From contig CAWHBU010000002.1 of NCBI GenBank assembly GCA_963827685.1, forward strand, positions 512,001 to 576,000: 64,000 nucleotides of DNA. The letters are read 5' to 3'. The DNA comes from an uncultured delta proteobacterium (GTDB lineage: Bacteria > Desulfobacterota > BSN033 > UBA1163). This document shows, piece after piece, positions 11,249 to 22,042 of this stretch (positions within the stretch are counted from its first letter, which is position 1; every line of letters begins with the position of its first letter). Under the pieces are notes generated by a model that was not told where the DNA came from, made no database searches, and saw nothing but the letters and a program-made list of their open reading frames with translations. Position numbers and translations under genes: made by a program.

Positions 11249-11901
11249 TATTCGATCCATCGTACAAATTTCTCAAGATTGTCTCTTTGAGATTTAAATC
11301 GGTTGATGGGGATATCCCAATCCGGGTACCCTAAAGCCACGCCAACCACCACATTCTTATTCTCCTGAATATTGAGGAGGTCTTTGATCTCATCTTCGTA
11401 GGCAGTGATTAAACCAATGGGACATGTCCCCAATCCGAATTCATGGGCAGTGAGAACTAAGTATCCCAAGGCTATGCCAATATCCACCATACTGGCGTTT
11501 GGAAAGGAGTCATCCAAGCAGAGGAGAATGGCCGCAGGAGCCCCATAAAAGTTACAGCTTCCTTCATTGATATATTGGTCAACATCAACTCCCATTTCTT
11601 CGAAAAAGGGCTTCATCAATGTGAGGGTTTTGGCCCCTCTCTTTCCATACGTTTTGGGCAAGGGCTTGACGTTTCCGGGACTGCAAGGAATTTGTTTTTC
11701 ATGGTAGGCCTTGATCAGCCTGCGACTCAGCCTCGCTTTTTCCTCTCCGGTCACGGCAATAAATTCCCAGGGCTGGAGATTGATGGCGGAGGGGGCATGA
11801 ACCGTTAACCTTAAAATTTCTTCGATCGTCTCCTTTGGAACTGGCTCCGCCCTAAATGCCCTGATGCTCCGTCTCTCATTCATCGCTTTGAGCAAATCCA
11901 T
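11248..11901 (-). CDS. Nitroreductase family protein
   Basis: RRSIRAF, APSAINLQPW, GLGTCPIG, ALGYPD. Confidence 0.92.
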   Translation of the reverse strand: MDLLKAMNERRSIRAFRAEPVPKETIEEILRLTVHAPSAINLQPWEFIAVTGEEKARLSRRLIKAYHEKQIPCSPGNVKPLPKTYGKRGAKTLTLMKPFFEEMGVDVDQYINEGSCNFYGAPAAILLCLDDSFPNASMVDIGIALGYLVLTAHEFGLGTCPIGLITAYEDEIKDLLNIQENKNVVVGVALGYPDWDIPINRFKSQRDNLEKFVRWIE

Positions 11902-12050
11902 AGTAAACTCCTTTTTGTTCTCAAGAACAAATATTCTTTTTGAAGCGTACCTTATCCAACTTTACACTGTCAAGGCGGTATGTATTGAGGCTTGACATTA
12001 TTTTGAACCACCGCTATTTTGAAATCACATGTCCCCCCTTTCCCCCCCCT

Positions 12051-12295
12051 GAAGCTGTGAAAAAATTCGGGGAGCCGGGCGGGCAAGAATATCTCCAAAG
12101 TTTTACAAATGCGGTTGCCTGAGAGGGTAAAGGTAACAAAAGTCTGTGAGTGGTCAATAGGTGGGAGGGTTTTTCATTATAAGTAATCAACGTGAAGTGG
12201 TACCGCTGTAAAACTTTGGAAGCTTGTTTAGCTTCCCCTTCGGGGCCGACATCCCTGCCCGCCCTTTGCACAGGGGACAATTTTTTGACACCTTC
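12051..12295. mobile_element. MITE-like element with terminal and internal inverted repeats, inside a G/C REP palindrome
   Basis: Ends gaagctgtgaaaaaatt / aattttttgacaccttc; internal IRs tccaaagttttaca / tgtaaaactttgga and gggcgggca / tgcccgccc. Confidence 0.65.
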
Positions 12296-12369
12296 CCTTT
12301 GCTGAAGGGGCGGTGGGGGAATTTTGGGACAATCGAGAAGGTGCTTTACAAAAAGGAGGACTTAAAGAA

Positions 12370-12717
12370 ATGATTAGAGCAAAATTATGGTTTCGCTGTG
12401 CGGCCATGCATGATCCAGTCACTCCGATCGTTGTGCAGCCCGCTGTGATCGGATGGGAGGCGAAGGAGAGGCGGGTTGAGCTGAAGATTGAGAGGGCATT
12501 TAACGGGGAGGAGTTGGTTCGCCGAATGAAAGGCTGGGTGACCGCCGATCCGTCGCAAGTGATCGAGGTCATTCGTCAGTTTGGGAGGTTAAAGGTTTTG
12601 GATGATAGAATGCTGGTTGTTGAATTAGAGAGAATGGAAGATTTTCAGAATCTCCAGAAGGCCCTTTTTGAAGCATTTGGTAAAGAAATGGAAGCCGAAT
12701 TGATGGTTAAAAAATAA
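12370..12717 (+). CDS. Hypothetical protein (MIRAKLWFRCAAMHDP)
   Basis: AGGAGG RBS before ATG 12370; clean ORF. Confidence 0.7.
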   Translation: MIRAKLWFRCAAMHDPVTPIVVQPAVIGWEAKERRVELKIERAFNGEELVRRMKGWVTADPSQVIEVIRQFGRLKVLDDRMLVVELERMEDFQNLQKALFEAFGKEMEAELMVKK

Positions 12718-12724
12718 TCTTGCC

Positions 12725-13150
12725 TCACCCTTTCTTTGGAGGCATGCTCCAGCCTGTTCCATCCACCACTATCTCACCATTTTGATTCGTACAAGTGGTT
12801 TTGAACTTTACTCGATTTTTTTCTGGGATCAGTTCAATCACCTCTACCTTCGCTGTAATGATATCCCCGATCCTCACCGGGGCGAGAAACTTGACCTCTT
12901 GGGAGAGATAGATACCGCCAGGTCCGGGAAGGAGATTTCCCAACACGCTGGAGATATACCCAATCGAGAGGGTGCCGTGGGCGATCCTTCCTTTAAAGTA
13001 TGTTTTTTCTGCATAAGTTTGGTCGAGATGGATGGGATTAAAATCACCTGTTGCCTTAGCAAAATCATTGATTACCGTTTCCGTAATGGTGTTAGAGATT
13101 TGGGCAGAGTCTCCAATTTTGATCTCATCAATCGTTTTTCCTTCGGGCAT
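12725..13150 (-). CDS. MaoC/PhaJ-like (R)-enoyl-CoA hydratase
   Basis: TGDFNPIHLD...RIAHG hydratase motif. Confidence 0.93.
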   Translation of the reverse strand: MPEGKTIDEIKIGDSAQISNTITETVINDFAKATGDFNPIHLDQTYAEKTYFKGRIAHGTLSIGYISSVLGNLLPGPGGIYLSQEVKFLAPVRIGDIITAKVEVIELIPEKNRVKFKTTCTNQNGEIVVDGTGWSMPPKKG

Positions 13151-13155
13151 AAAGA

Positions 13156-14010
13156 CTATACCTCCAGAAATTTAAGTATGGCTTGGTCACGCCTCTTGTT
13201 GGGCTGGAATAAGATGGAATAATGATTGGTTCCTTCCACATCTACCCTCTTAGCGTTTGGTATCTCACGAACCATCCGGTCTGCCACCCCCCCGGGGAGC
13301 AAGAGATCATCCCCGGCCAGCATCCCTTTTGTGGCCCGCAAAATCAAAGTTGGAGCTTTTACCCTCTTATAGAATTTCCTTGAATCAACTTTCCTTAGGT
13401 TCTTGGCTTCTTCCGCAATATGTTTTGGGTGAACGCGAGAGCGTACACCGGCCTTCACCTTTTCTACCTCATAGCGGAAATAAGTCTCCATACAAGAATT
13501 CCACGGTTGTAAATAGGGGGCTTGCTTCATCTGAGAGAGATAGACCTTAATGGAAGGAAAGATCTGTCCCAAACGATCCAGAGACGGTTTGATCCCCGCA
13601 AAGACCTTGGCCATTTGAGCCTTTGTCAGCTTTCCTCCTCCGTCGACTAAGATCAATTGACCGACTCTTCGAGGATATCGGGCTGCAAAGGCGAGCGAAA
13701 TGAACGCTCCAAGGGAATGGCCCATAAGCACGGGCCGCTCCAAGCCCTGATCGTTCATCAGGGCTAAGATATCTTTGCAATGGTGCTGTATTGAATATCC
13801 GGTATGGGGTTTGTCTGAGAGTCCTCTCCCTCGAAGATCCATGGCTATCACCCTGTGATGGGGGGCGAGAGCCGAGGCCAGACAATCCCAGAAGCGGCAG
13901 TTAGCTGTAATGCCATGAACACAAAGAATCTGTTTTCCCTTTCCTTTCCAGACTGCCAGCTGAATTTTAATGCCATCACCTTTGGCTTTTATCATGATTG
14001 GTCCGGGCAT
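13156..14010 (-). CDS. Alpha/beta hydrolase
   Basis: VHGIT, DLRGRG, GHSLG nucleophile elbow, catalytic His in TNHY. Confidence 0.92.
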   Translation of the reverse strand: MPGPIMIKAKGDGIKIQLAVWKGKGKQILCVHGITANCRFWDCLASALAPHHRVIAMDLRGRGLSDKPHTGYSIQHHCKDILALMNDQGLERPVLMGHSLGAFISLAFAARYPRRVGQLILVDGGGKLTKAQMAKVFAGIKPSLDRLGQIFPSIKVYLSQMKQAPYLQPWNSCMETYFRYEVEKVKAGVRSRVHPKHIAEEAKNLRKVDSRKFYKRVKAPTLILRATKGMLAGDDLLLPGGVADRMVREIPNAKRVDVEGTNHYSILFQPNKRRDQAILKFLEV

Positions 14011-14039
14011 TGTGCATTCTCCTCCTCACTCAATTCATT

Positions 14040-15134
14040 CTATTCTACTTTTCTTCTGGAGACGATGTCTTGAGCAGTCCCCACCACCCCTTTTGGGAAA
14101 AAGTAGACGATCAAGATAAAAAGAAGTCCGAAATAAAAAAGCCACCGCTCGGATAACCTTACTGCAAAAGGAACACCTGGCAGTAAGGAACCGATAAGGG
14201 TCTGCAACTTTGGGAGGAAGGCCCGGGTGATCATTAAAAAAGCGGCCCCGAAAATTCCTCCATAAATCGTTCCCATCCCTCCCACAATGACCATCAAGAG
14301 GACGTCCAACATGATGGAGACGCTCACGCTTGAATCCGGACTCACGTAGCACACCCAGATAGCAAAACAGGCACCGGTGACAGCGGCAACGCAGCTCGCG
14401 AAAGAGGAAGCGATGACCTGAAAAAGATAAGTTCTGTAACCTAACGCAATGGATCGCTGTTCATTATCCCGAATAGATTGAAGAACCCGGCCAAGTGGGG
14501 AGTGGACGAAGCGAAGCATCGAGAGAAATAACACCAAACAAATGAGAAAGATGAGATAATAACTTACGATCCTCCCCGTTATCTCAATTCCCAGGAATCG
14601 GCCAAAGCTATAGTCGATAGCTAAAATATGAGGGAGTTTGAAACTGATTCCGTCCTCTCCACCCGTGATGGGCCTTAGTTGACTTGCCAGAATAGAGGTA
14701 AACTCCATGAAAGCTAATGTAATCATTGCAAAGAAAATGGCCCTGATCCGAAGTGAGAAAAAACCGATCAAAACAGAAAGAATACCCGATATGACGACGG
14801 CGATCAATACGGCCAAGGCTAAATATCCATAGGAGACCAATCCTAACTTCCCCACAAATATTCCCACCAGATAGGCCCCAATCCCAAAATACATAACGTG
14901 TCCTAGAGAAACGATCCCGGTATACCCAAGTATAATGTCGTAACTGGCCACCAAGGCAGAAAAGATGATGATCTTCAACACGACATCGAGAATTTCAAAA
15001 GAATGGAAAAGAAATGGAGTGACCAGGAAGAAGGTCAGCAAAAGGATCTTTAAGAAGAAGTAGGGGCTCCTGAAGCGATCTTCTTTCTCCCTTAGGCGGA
15101 ATCTTTGAACGGGATTCAGACTCTCTTTGTTCAA
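14040..15134 (-). CDS. Liv-type ABC transporter permease (LivM-like)
   Basis: GYTGIVSLGH, TGGEDG, SIRDNE. Confidence 0.92.
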   Translation of the reverse strand: MNKESLNPVQRFRLREKEDRFRSPYFFLKILLLTFFLVTPFLFHSFEILDVVLKIIIFSALVASYDIILGYTGIVSLGHVMYFGIGAYLVGIFVGKLGLVSYGYLALAVLIAVVISGILSVLIGFFSLRIRAIFFAMITLAFMEFTSILASQLRPITGGEDGISFKLPHILAIDYSFGRFLGIEITGRIVSYYLIFLICLVLFLSMLRFVHSPLGRVLQSIRDNEQRSIALGYRTYLFQVIASSFASCVAAVTGACFAIWVCYVSPDSSVSVSIMLDVLLMVIVGGMGTIYGGIFGAAFLMITRAFLPKLQTLIGSLLPGVPFAVRLSERWLFYFGLLFILIVYFFPKGVVGTAQDIVSRRKVE

Positions 15135-15135
15135 A

Positions 15136-16122
15136 TTAGGTCCCCTCGGGAAACATCCCTGTTGGTCGAATCAAAAGAATAACGACGAGGAGAAGCATCG
15201 TAATCCCTAAGGCAGCCTTAGGGATCAGGTAGGCTACGTAATTATACGACAGCCCCACCATCAGGGCTCCCACGACGGAGCCGGTCATACTCCCAAGGCC
15301 ACCAATAATTGCCACGATCAAGGCGAAAACAATCACTTCTCCTCCCATGGCCGGGTTAATCGATTTCACGAAAGTGGCCCACATTCCTCCGCCAATGGCG
15401 GCCAGGGCAGAGCCAGCAGCAAAGACTCCTGTGAAGTATCGATAGACATTATGGCCCATCACCTGAACCATCTCTGGGTTTTCAACACCTGCGCGTACAA
15501 TCATCCCTAATCGCGTTCTTCTGAGGATGGTAAAAACAATGAAGTAAAGAATCAATCCAATTACGATAGCAATCAAAGGGTATTTCGATACGACCACATC
15601 GAAAAGATCCAAGGAACCGATGAAGTTAATGGGGACAGGCATCGGTTCGTCGTTAGGTCCCCATACAATCCGGATCAACTCCTCCAGCACAATCATGGCC
15701 CCTACGGTGATAAAGATCTGAAAGAGATGACTTCCATAAACAGGACGGATCACCAGCCTTTCAGTAACGACACCCAAGATCGCAACGCCGATAGCCGCCG
15801 CAACAAGGGCCAGAAGAAAGATAAGCATATTTGAAAAGATCGAGCTTGACTCTCCCCACCCGGTCCATTTGTTGATAAAAGAGAAGGCCGTGAAACCGAT
15901 GTAAGCCCCCCAGGCGAAAAGAGCTCCGTGGGCGAGATTTAGCACACTCATGAACCCGAAGATCAGCGAGAATCCAGAGGAGACCAAAAAGAGAAGCATC
16001 CCCATTGCCAGGCCAGAGATGGTCAGCGTAATGTAAGTTTTGGGACTGATGAATAGAACGGGCAATAAAAAGATGGCGATCACAGCAAATTTTGGAAGCC
16101 ATGATCTCCATTTAGGATTCAC
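15136..16122 (-). CDS. Liv-type ABC transporter permease (LivH-like)
   Basis: GFSLIFG..LNLAHG; IIGGLGS; IRPTG. Confidence 0.92.
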   Translation of the reverse strand: MNPKWRSWLPKFAVIAIFLLPVLFISPKTYITLTISGLAMGMLLFLVSSGFSLIFGFMSVLNLAHGALFAWGAYIGFTAFSFINKWTGWGESSSIFSNMLIFLLALVAAAIGVAILGVVTERLVIRPVYGSHLFQIFITVGAMIVLEELIRIVWGPNDEPMPVPINFIGSLDLFDVVVSKYPLIAIVIGLILYFIVFTILRRTRLGMIVRAGVENPEMVQVMGHNVYRYFTGVFAAGSALAAIGGGMWATFVKSINPAMGGEVIVFALIVAIIGGLGSMTGSVVGALMVGLSYNYVAYLIPKAALGITMLLLVVILLIRPTGMFPEGT

Positions 16123-16139
16123 AGCGATTTCCTCCAGGC

Positions 16140-16853
16140 CTATCCAGAAATCCCTAAATACTTCTTCTTCAATTCCTCATTTCGAACTAACTCTTCCATT
16201 TGACCCTTGTGGACAGTTCTTCCATCATCAAAGAGGTGAAAATCGTTTCCCAACTTGCTGGCCATATAAAAGTTCTGCTCCACAAGGATAATCATCGCAT
16301 GTTCTTTCAGCCTGTGGATAGCTTCAATTAAATGCTCGATGATGATAGGAGCCAACCCTTTGGAAGGCTCATCAATGAGTAAAAGTTCATTTTTATTGAC
16401 GAGGGGGCGGGCAATGGCTAACATCTGCTTTTGACCACCGCTCAAGATGCCTGCTTTTGATTTCCAGAATTTTTTAAGGTCAGGGAAGATGCCTAAGATG
16501 AATTCCATTCTCTCTGAAGTTTTTTCCTTCTCTTGAAGCATCGCCACACGGAAGTTTTCCTCGACGGTTAGAAAATTGAAAAGACCTCGGTCCTCTGGAA
16601 CAAAGCCAATCCCTAAGCGAGCTATCTCAAAAGGCTTCATATTTTGAATGGCTCGATTCTTAAAGAGGATTCTGCCCTGGGATGGAGGAAGGAGTCCCAT
16701 GATCGACCGTAGGGTGGTAGTTTTCCCGGCCCCATTTCTTCCCAGGAGAACGGTTACTTCGCCGGGAAAGACCTCAAAGGATACACCCTGTAAGATGTGG
16801 TGTTTTCCAATGTAGGTATGAATTCCTTCAACCTGAAGGAGAGGATCAGGCAT
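16140..16853 (-). CDS. Liv-type ABC ATPase (LivF-like)
   Basis: GRNGAGKTT, LSGGQKQ, DEPSKGLAP; likely start MPDPLL overlapping the upstream stop. Confidence 0.92.
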   Translation of the reverse strand: MPDPLLQVEGIHTYIGKHHILQGVSFEVFPGEVTVLLGRNGAGKTTTLRSIMGLLPPSQGRILFKNRAIQNMKPFEIARLGIGFVPEDRGLFNFLTVEENFRVAMLQEKEKTSERMEFILGIFPDLKKFWKSKAGILSGGQKQMLAIARPLVNKNELLLIDEPSKGLAPIIIEHLIEAIHRLKEHAMIILVEQNFYMASKLGNDFHLFDDGRTVHKGQMEELVRNEELKKKYLGISG

Positions 16854-17613
16854 GAGGACTTCCTCCACCGAAATAGGCCTCTTGAACTTCTCGATTCTTG
16901 CTGATGTCCACAGGAGGACCATCGGCGATCAGCTTTCCTTCATGAAGGACAGCGATGGAATCGGAGAGGGCCATCAACACATCCATTTTATGCTCAACCA
17001 GGAGGATCGTTTTGTCTCTTTTATTCTTTATTTGCTTCAGGAGTTCGAGGACGGAGGGAACTTCCTCAAGGGACATCCCGGCTGTGGGTTCGTCCAAGAG
17101 AAGCACCTCTGTCTCCAAAGCAAGGAGAATCGCGATTTCTAACTTGCGCTGTTCGCCGTGGGTGAGACTGCTTACTGGGACATTCCATTTCGCATCCAAC
17201 AAAACCATTTCCAAAAGCTCATAGGCACGGTCTTCGAATTCAGAAAAGGCGAGATAATTTTTCCAAAAGTTAAAACCAATATTTCTTTGAGATTGAACAG
17301 CCAATCGCACATTTTCTAAGACCGTCAACGTAGGAAAGACATTGGTCAATTGGAAGGACCTCCCGATACCGAGCTTTGTTCGAACGTCTGGTGAGACGTG
17401 AGAGATATCCCGACCCTTGAAAAAGACCTTACCCTCAGTAGGGGAATATTGCCCTGAAATCATATTGAAAAAAGTGGTCTTGCCTGCGCCATTCGGTCCG
17501 ATAATGGACTTAAAGGTATAAGGTAGGATTTGAAGATTGACATGATTGACGGCGATATGACCGCCGAATCGAATGGTGAGGTTCTTTGTTTCGATGACGG
17601 GAGGTTGGCTCAT
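16846..17613 (-). CDS. Liv-type ABC ATPase (LivG-like)
   Basis: GPNGAGKTT, LTHGEQR, DEPTAGM. Confidence 0.93.
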   Translation of the reverse strand: MSQPPVIETKNLTIRFGGHIAVNHVNLQILPYTFKSIIGPNGAGKTTFFNMISGQYSPTEGKVFFKGRDISHVSPDVRTKLGIGRSFQLTNVFPTLTVLENVRLAVQSQRNIGFNFWKNYLAFSEFEDRAYELLEMVLLDAKWNVPVSSLTHGEQRKLEIAILLALETEVLLLDEPTAGMSLEEVPSVLELLKQIKNKRDKTILLVEHKMDVLMALSDSIAVLHEGKLIADGPPVDISKNREVQEAYFGGGSPHA

Positions 17614-17690
17614 ATTAGCTAAAAACTATCCCCTCCCTTGGCGGATGGGGAGAAAGGGGAGGGGGCTGGTTTCCTTTATCCACCCCCACC

Positions 17691-17710
17691 CCTGCCTACC
17701 GGCAGGCAGG
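17691..17710. mobile_element. 20-bp CCTGCCTACCGGCAGGCAGG micro-palindrome inside a REP-like repeat
   Basis: Splits cacccccacc|ctcgccctccccc; identical copy at 43628-43647, one-base variant at 63086-63105. Confidence 0.7.
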
Positions 17711-17786
17711 CTCGCCCTCCCCCATCGAAGGGGGAGGGGGAAATATTAAAGTGAGTGTTGGTTGGTAATGGATCTCTCCTCAATGG

Positions 17787-19007
17787 TTATCTTTTTACCA
17801 GAATGGGTGGCGCACCTTCCTCAGGAGAAATTTCCCTGACAAGAACGGGAACGGCCCATTCCTTATCTGGCCTTGCTTCTAACCGGAAGATATACATGGA
17901 CTGCATGGCTTGATGATCTTCTTTGCGGAAAAACATTCTTCCCTTGGGAGTCATGAATTGCATCCCTTCCATCGCAGTGATTAGCTTTTCCGTATCAGTT
18001 GATTTTGCCTTTTCAATGCCAGCGATGGTTGCCATGGCCGCAGCAAATCCTCCGCAGGTAAAGAAGTCAGGTGGTTCTTTAAACCTTGCTTGATGCTCTT
18101 TGACAAACCAGTCATTCACCGGGTTTTTGGGAAGTTCGTAATAGTAATAGGCTCCTCCCATCATTCCCCTGAGACTTTCAAAAGCTTTCAGAATTGGAAG
18201 AGTGGCTTTTAATACAGGAAGAATGTTGCCTCCCGTTGTGATCTTAATCCCATATTTTTCCATTTTCATTGCAGCCATCTGCTCAATGGGCGGGTTCTTT
18301 CCTGCCCACACTACGAAAACATATTTTTCGCCTTGCTTGTCCTTTAGCGCATCGATAATCCTCTGGACCGAAGAGGTATGGTCCGTTTGTGCCATGGGAC
18401 AATATTCCTCGTGAATCATTTTAGCTCCCAACTTCTCGGCAGCCTCCTTGTAAGCGGCGACGCCATCCCTTCCAAAGGCATAGTCCTGGGCGATCGCTCC
18501 AAGAAAGACGCCTGGTTTGGCGACGGCTTTTGCATTGGCTATGGCATCCTGCCCCGAGTTCCTTCCTGTTCGAAAAATATATCGGTTCCAGGCACTACCT
18601 GTGATGGAATCCGCCACTGCAGGTTCCACCAGTAAAATCTTTTTAAACTCTAAAGCCACGGGAAGCATCGCGAGAGCTGCGGCGCTGCTCGTTGTTCCCA
18701 CAACAAGATTGACCTTGTCATCCGCGTGTAACTTCGTGATCAGCCTCTTGGCAACATCCGGCTTCAACTGATCATCTTCGACGATCAGCTCTATCTTCCT
18801 TCCCATGACTTCGTTCTTACCTTTGGTTCCATACTCCAGGCCCATCTTAAACCCGGTAAGCATCTGCTTGGCGTAGGCTTCCAAAGCCCCTGAAAAACCC
18901 TGAACGATGCCAATTTTTATGGGTGGCTCTGCTCCATAAACCTGAGGACTGAAAAGCATGAACCCAAGAGCAATGCATAAGAAAAATCCCAACCCTGTCT
19001 TTCTCAT
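17787..19007 (-). CDS. Liv-type periplasmic substrate-binding protein
   Basis: Signal peptide, IKIG, EDDQLKPD, EPAVADSITG. Confidence 0.92.
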   Translation of the reverse strand: MRKTGLGFFLCIALGFMLFSPQVYGAEPPIKIGIVQGFSGALEAYAKQMLTGFKMGLEYGTKGKNEVMGRKIELIVEDDQLKPDVAKRLITKLHADDKVNLVVGTTSSAAALAMLPVALEFKKILLVEPAVADSITGSAWNRYIFRTGRNSGQDAIANAKAVAKPGVFLGAIAQDYAFGRDGVAAYKEAAEKLGAKMIHEEYCPMAQTDHTSSVQRIIDALKDKQGEKYVFVVWAGKNPPIEQMAAMKMEKYGIKITTGGNILPVLKATLPILKAFESLRGMMGGAYYYYELPKNPVNDWFVKEHQARFKEPPDFFTCGGFAAAMATIAGIEKAKSTDTEKLITAMEGMQFMTPKGRMFFRKEDHQAMQSMYIFRLEARPDKEWAVPVLVREISPEEGAPPILVKR

Positions 19008-19088
19008 AATAATGACCTCCCTTCTTTATTTAGGATATGAACTATCACTTTTCAAAATAAGTGTCTATAGGAAAATGAATGCTTAATC

Positions 19089-19218
19089 AACTCCTTCTTG
19101 GGAGGCATTACCCAGGCTGTTCCATCCACCACTTCTTTCCCGTCCTGATTCACACAGGTCGTTCAGAATTTACCCCGATTCTTTCCGGGACCAGTCCGAT
19201 AACCTCCACCTTGGCCCG
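19089..19218 (-). pseudogene. C-terminal remnant of a second MaoC hydratase
   Basis: RAKVEVIGLVPE/(frameshift)KNRGKF*TTCVNQDGKEVVDGTAWVMPPKKE aligns to the 12725-13150 C-terminus TAKVEVIELIPEKNRVKFKTTCTNQNGEIVVDGTGWSMPPKKG. Confidence 0.8.
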
Positions 19219-19243
19219 CCTGCAGAAGGCAGGAGTGAGGGAT

Positions 19244-21241
19244 TTAAATTTTTTTGAGTGCCTCATGTGCTTCTTCATGGCTTTCGTAAATATGAGGTTT
19301 TACCCCTCGCCTTTGAAGGGCATCCCCGAGTTTCATGCGGAGAAAGGTACTTGTGGTATATCGGGTAACTTCCAGATAATATTTGTTGACGAGGTACTTT
19401 ACCATGTCCGTATATTCATCCACAAGGTCAGGGAGAATGGTGAAATTGTCGTAGTTGACAATGGTATGGACTTTCTTTCCCAAAGGGGCCAGGATTTTTT
19501 CAACCGCTTCTCTGGCATCCCGAATGTCTTTTCTCGTTTTAATAGCATGTCCTTCAAAATTAACAAAAAAGAGATTCTCTTCAGGATCAAGGATCAAACG
19601 TTCTTCCAGAGGAATGGTAAGCAGTTCCTCCCTCAAACCCATTGGTTCGAACCTAAAAATCCTTTCGTCCATCAAGCGGAGGGGCTCCTTGATAATGGGT
19701 TTGAAGTCCATCCAGGAAAGGACGTCTTTTTCGATATCGATACCGGGAGCAATCTCGGTCAATTCCATTCCTTCTTTGGTTAAAGAGAAGACGCCTCGCT
19801 CTGTGACGTAAAGAACAGGTTGGTTTTTCATTTTGGCATATTTTCCGCTGAAGGTGACGTGCTCGACCTGATCAACAAATTTCTTAACCTTTCCCTCCTG
19901 GTCAATTCTCAGCTTTTCGCCATGCACCGACACCTTTAAATCTCCGGCTGTGAAGGTTCCCACAAAAACAATTTTCTTCGCATTCTGGCTGATGTTGATA
20001 AATCCGCCTGCGCCGGCAAGTTTAGGACCAAATTTACTCACATTAGAATTACCTTCCTTATCTGCCTGGGCCAAGCCTAAGAAGGCCACATCCAAACCTC
20101 CGCCGTCATAAAAATCGAATTGGTAGGGCTGATCTATGAGCGCATCCATATTTGTTCCTGTTCCGAAGTTGAGACCACCGGACGGAACTCCTCCCACCAC
20201 ACCGGGCTCTGTGGTAAGGGTGATATAATCAGTAATCTTTTCCTCATTGGCGACATTAGCAATTCCCTCTGGTACGCCGATTCCCAAATTGACAACACTA
20301 TTGGGCTTCAGTTCGAAAGCTGCTCTTCGGGCTATAATTTTTCTCTCATTCATCTCCATCGAGGGAATGAATTGCATAGGAATTTTGATTTCACAGCTAA
20401 GGGCTGGGTTATAAGGTTCAGCAAAAGTCTGCCAGTGGTGTTCTGGCGGAGCAACCACCACACAGTCAACCAAAATCCCTGGGATCTTGACCTGACGTGC
20501 ATCCAGAGTCCCATGATCTGCAACCCTTTCCACCTGTACAATCACGAAGCCATCAGAATTCTTGGCTGCCATGGCTATGGAGAGGGATTCGAGAGTCAGG
20601 GCTTCTTTCTCCATAGTTATATTTCCATCCGTGTCGGCGGTCGTACCACGGAGGATGGCAACATGAATAGACATCGTTTTGTAAGCGAGATATTCCTTTC
20701 CGTCTATGGTCATCAATTCCACGATATCTTCCGTGGTCATCTTATTGATTTTTCCACCCCCGAGTCTTGGATCAACGAAGGTTCCAAGACCAACAGACGT
20801 GATCGTCCTGGGTTTATGGGCGGCAATGTCTCGATACATGTGGGAGATGACTCCCTGGGGAAGATTATAGGCCATGATCTTATTTTCAAAGGCTAATTTT
20901 TGAAGTTTTGGAGCCAGTCCCCAGTGCCCGCCGATCACCCTTTTGACTAAACCTTCATGGCCTAAATGGTTCAATCCTCTTTCGCCCCCATCTCCCTGGC
21001 CCGCCGCGTAGATCAGGGTCAGATCCCTGGGTTTTCCTGTCTTTAAAAAATAGTCTTCAAGCTTAACGGCGATTTCCTCGGCGAATCCGGTTCCAACAAA
21101 GCCTCCTGTGGCTACGGTATCACCGTCTCTGATCACTCGAACGGCTTCCTCTGCCAATACGATTTTCCCCCTTTTCACTCTTGTTGGAGGGGTTGGGGAG
21201 AACATCGGGTGGGAAACTTCTTTCACCGGAATTTCTTTCAT
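19244..21241 (-). CDS. Acyl-CoA:acetate CoA-transferase (YdiF/Pct-like) with extra C-terminal domain
   Basis: [24 protein letters not shown] catalytic Glu, [18 protein letters not shown]. Confidence 0.92.
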   Translation of the reverse strand: MKEIPVKEVSHPMFSPTPPTRVKRGKIVLAEEAVRVIRDGDTVATGGFVGTGFAEEIAVKLEDYFLKTGKPRDLTLIYAAGQGDGGERGLNHLGHEGLVKRVIGGHWGLAPKLQKLAFENKIMAYNLPQGVISHMYRDIAAHKPRTITSVGLGTFVDPRLGGGKINKMTTEDIVELMTIDGKEYLAYKTMSIHVAILRGTTADTDGNITMEKEALTLESLSIAMAAKNSDGFVIVQVERVADHGTLDARQVKIPGILVDCVVVAPPEHHWQTFAEPYNPALSCEIKIPMQFIPSMEMNERKIIARRAAFELKPNSVVNLGIGVPEGIANVANEEKITDYITLTTEPGVVGGVPSGGLNFGTGTNMDALIDQPYQFDFYDGGGLDVAFLGLAQADKEGNSNVSKFGPKLAGAGGFINISQNAKKIVFVGTFTAGDLKVSVHGEKLRIDQEGKVKKFVDQVEHVTFSGKYAKMKNQPVLYVTERGVFSLTKEGMELTEIAPGIDIEKDVLSWMDFKPIIKEPLRLMDERIFRFEPMGLREELLTIPLEERLILDPEENLFFVNFEGHAIKTRKDIRDAREAVEKILAPLGKKVHTIVNYDNFTILPDLVDEYTDMVKYLVNKYYLEVTRYTTSTFLRMKLGDALQRRGVKPHIYESHEEAHEALKKI

Positions 21242-21343
21242 TGGGCTCCTCCTTATCAGTCATATGATGTGAGCAAATGTCAGCAGCTCTGATGTATTCT
21301 ACTTCGGGATCGGCGAGTTGATTCCTGTGGTAAAGGAGTGGGC

Positions 21344-22042
21344 TTAGACCATGAGGTACCTCTTTCTAACCTCTTCATTGTTGCGCAATTCTTCGATGGT
21401 TCCCTGATAGCGGATCGTTCCTTTATCCATCACATATGCCCGATCACTCAAGGCCGTGGCCAGACCAACATTATGTTCGCAAATGAGCATGGTAGTGCCT
21501 AATTTCTTGATTTCTCCCAGTTGTTCTTTCATGGCTTGAATGACCAAAGGGGCCAGTCCTTCACCGGGCTCGTCCAAAAGAAGGAGTTGAGGATTAGTCA
21601 TCAAGGTCCGAGCAATGGTGAGCATTTGTTGTTCCCCACCGCTCAGTTGGGTTCCCATGTGGGTATCTAACTCTTTCAATTTTGGAAAAAAAGAATAAAT
21701 TCGTTCCAGATTCCAGATGGCTTCTTCCTTTTCTCTCCGGGCGATAAGGATATTTTGTCGGACTGTTAAATCGGGGAAGATTCTCCGGTCATCCGGTACA
21801 AAGCCAATACCCAGTGGGGCAATACGATACGGGGGTTTCTCGGTGATCTCTTTCCCATTAAACTTAATACTTCCCGAACGAGGAGGCGTTAGGCCAATGA
21901 TGCTTCTTAAAGTCGTTGTTTTACCGGCCCCATTCCTTCCCAACAGACAAACGGCTTCCCTTTCCTTGATATCTATAGAGACGCCAAAGAGGATATGACT
22001 TGTTCCATAATAGGTATGAATTTCTTGGACTTCAAGAATCAT
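21344..22042 (-). CDS. Liv-type ABC ATPase (LivF-like)
   Basis: GRNGAGKTT, LSGGEQQ. Confidence 0.93.
   Translation of the reverse strand: MILEVQEIHTYYGTSHILFGVSIDIKEREAVCLLGRNGAGKTTTLRSIIGLTPPRSGSIKFNGKEITEKPPYRIAPLGIGFVPDDRRIFPDLTVRQNILIARREKEEAIWNLERIYSFFPKLKELDTHMGTQLSGGEQQMLTIARTLMTNPQLLLLDEPGEGLAPLVIQAMKEQLGEIKKLGTTMLICEHNVGLATALSDRAYVMDKGTIRYQGTIEELRNNEEVRKRYLMV

Noticed and set aside
19079-20896. Long plus-strand ORFs (234 and 258 aa) opposite the CoA-transferase
   Set aside because: Antisense shadows of a well-conserved gene.
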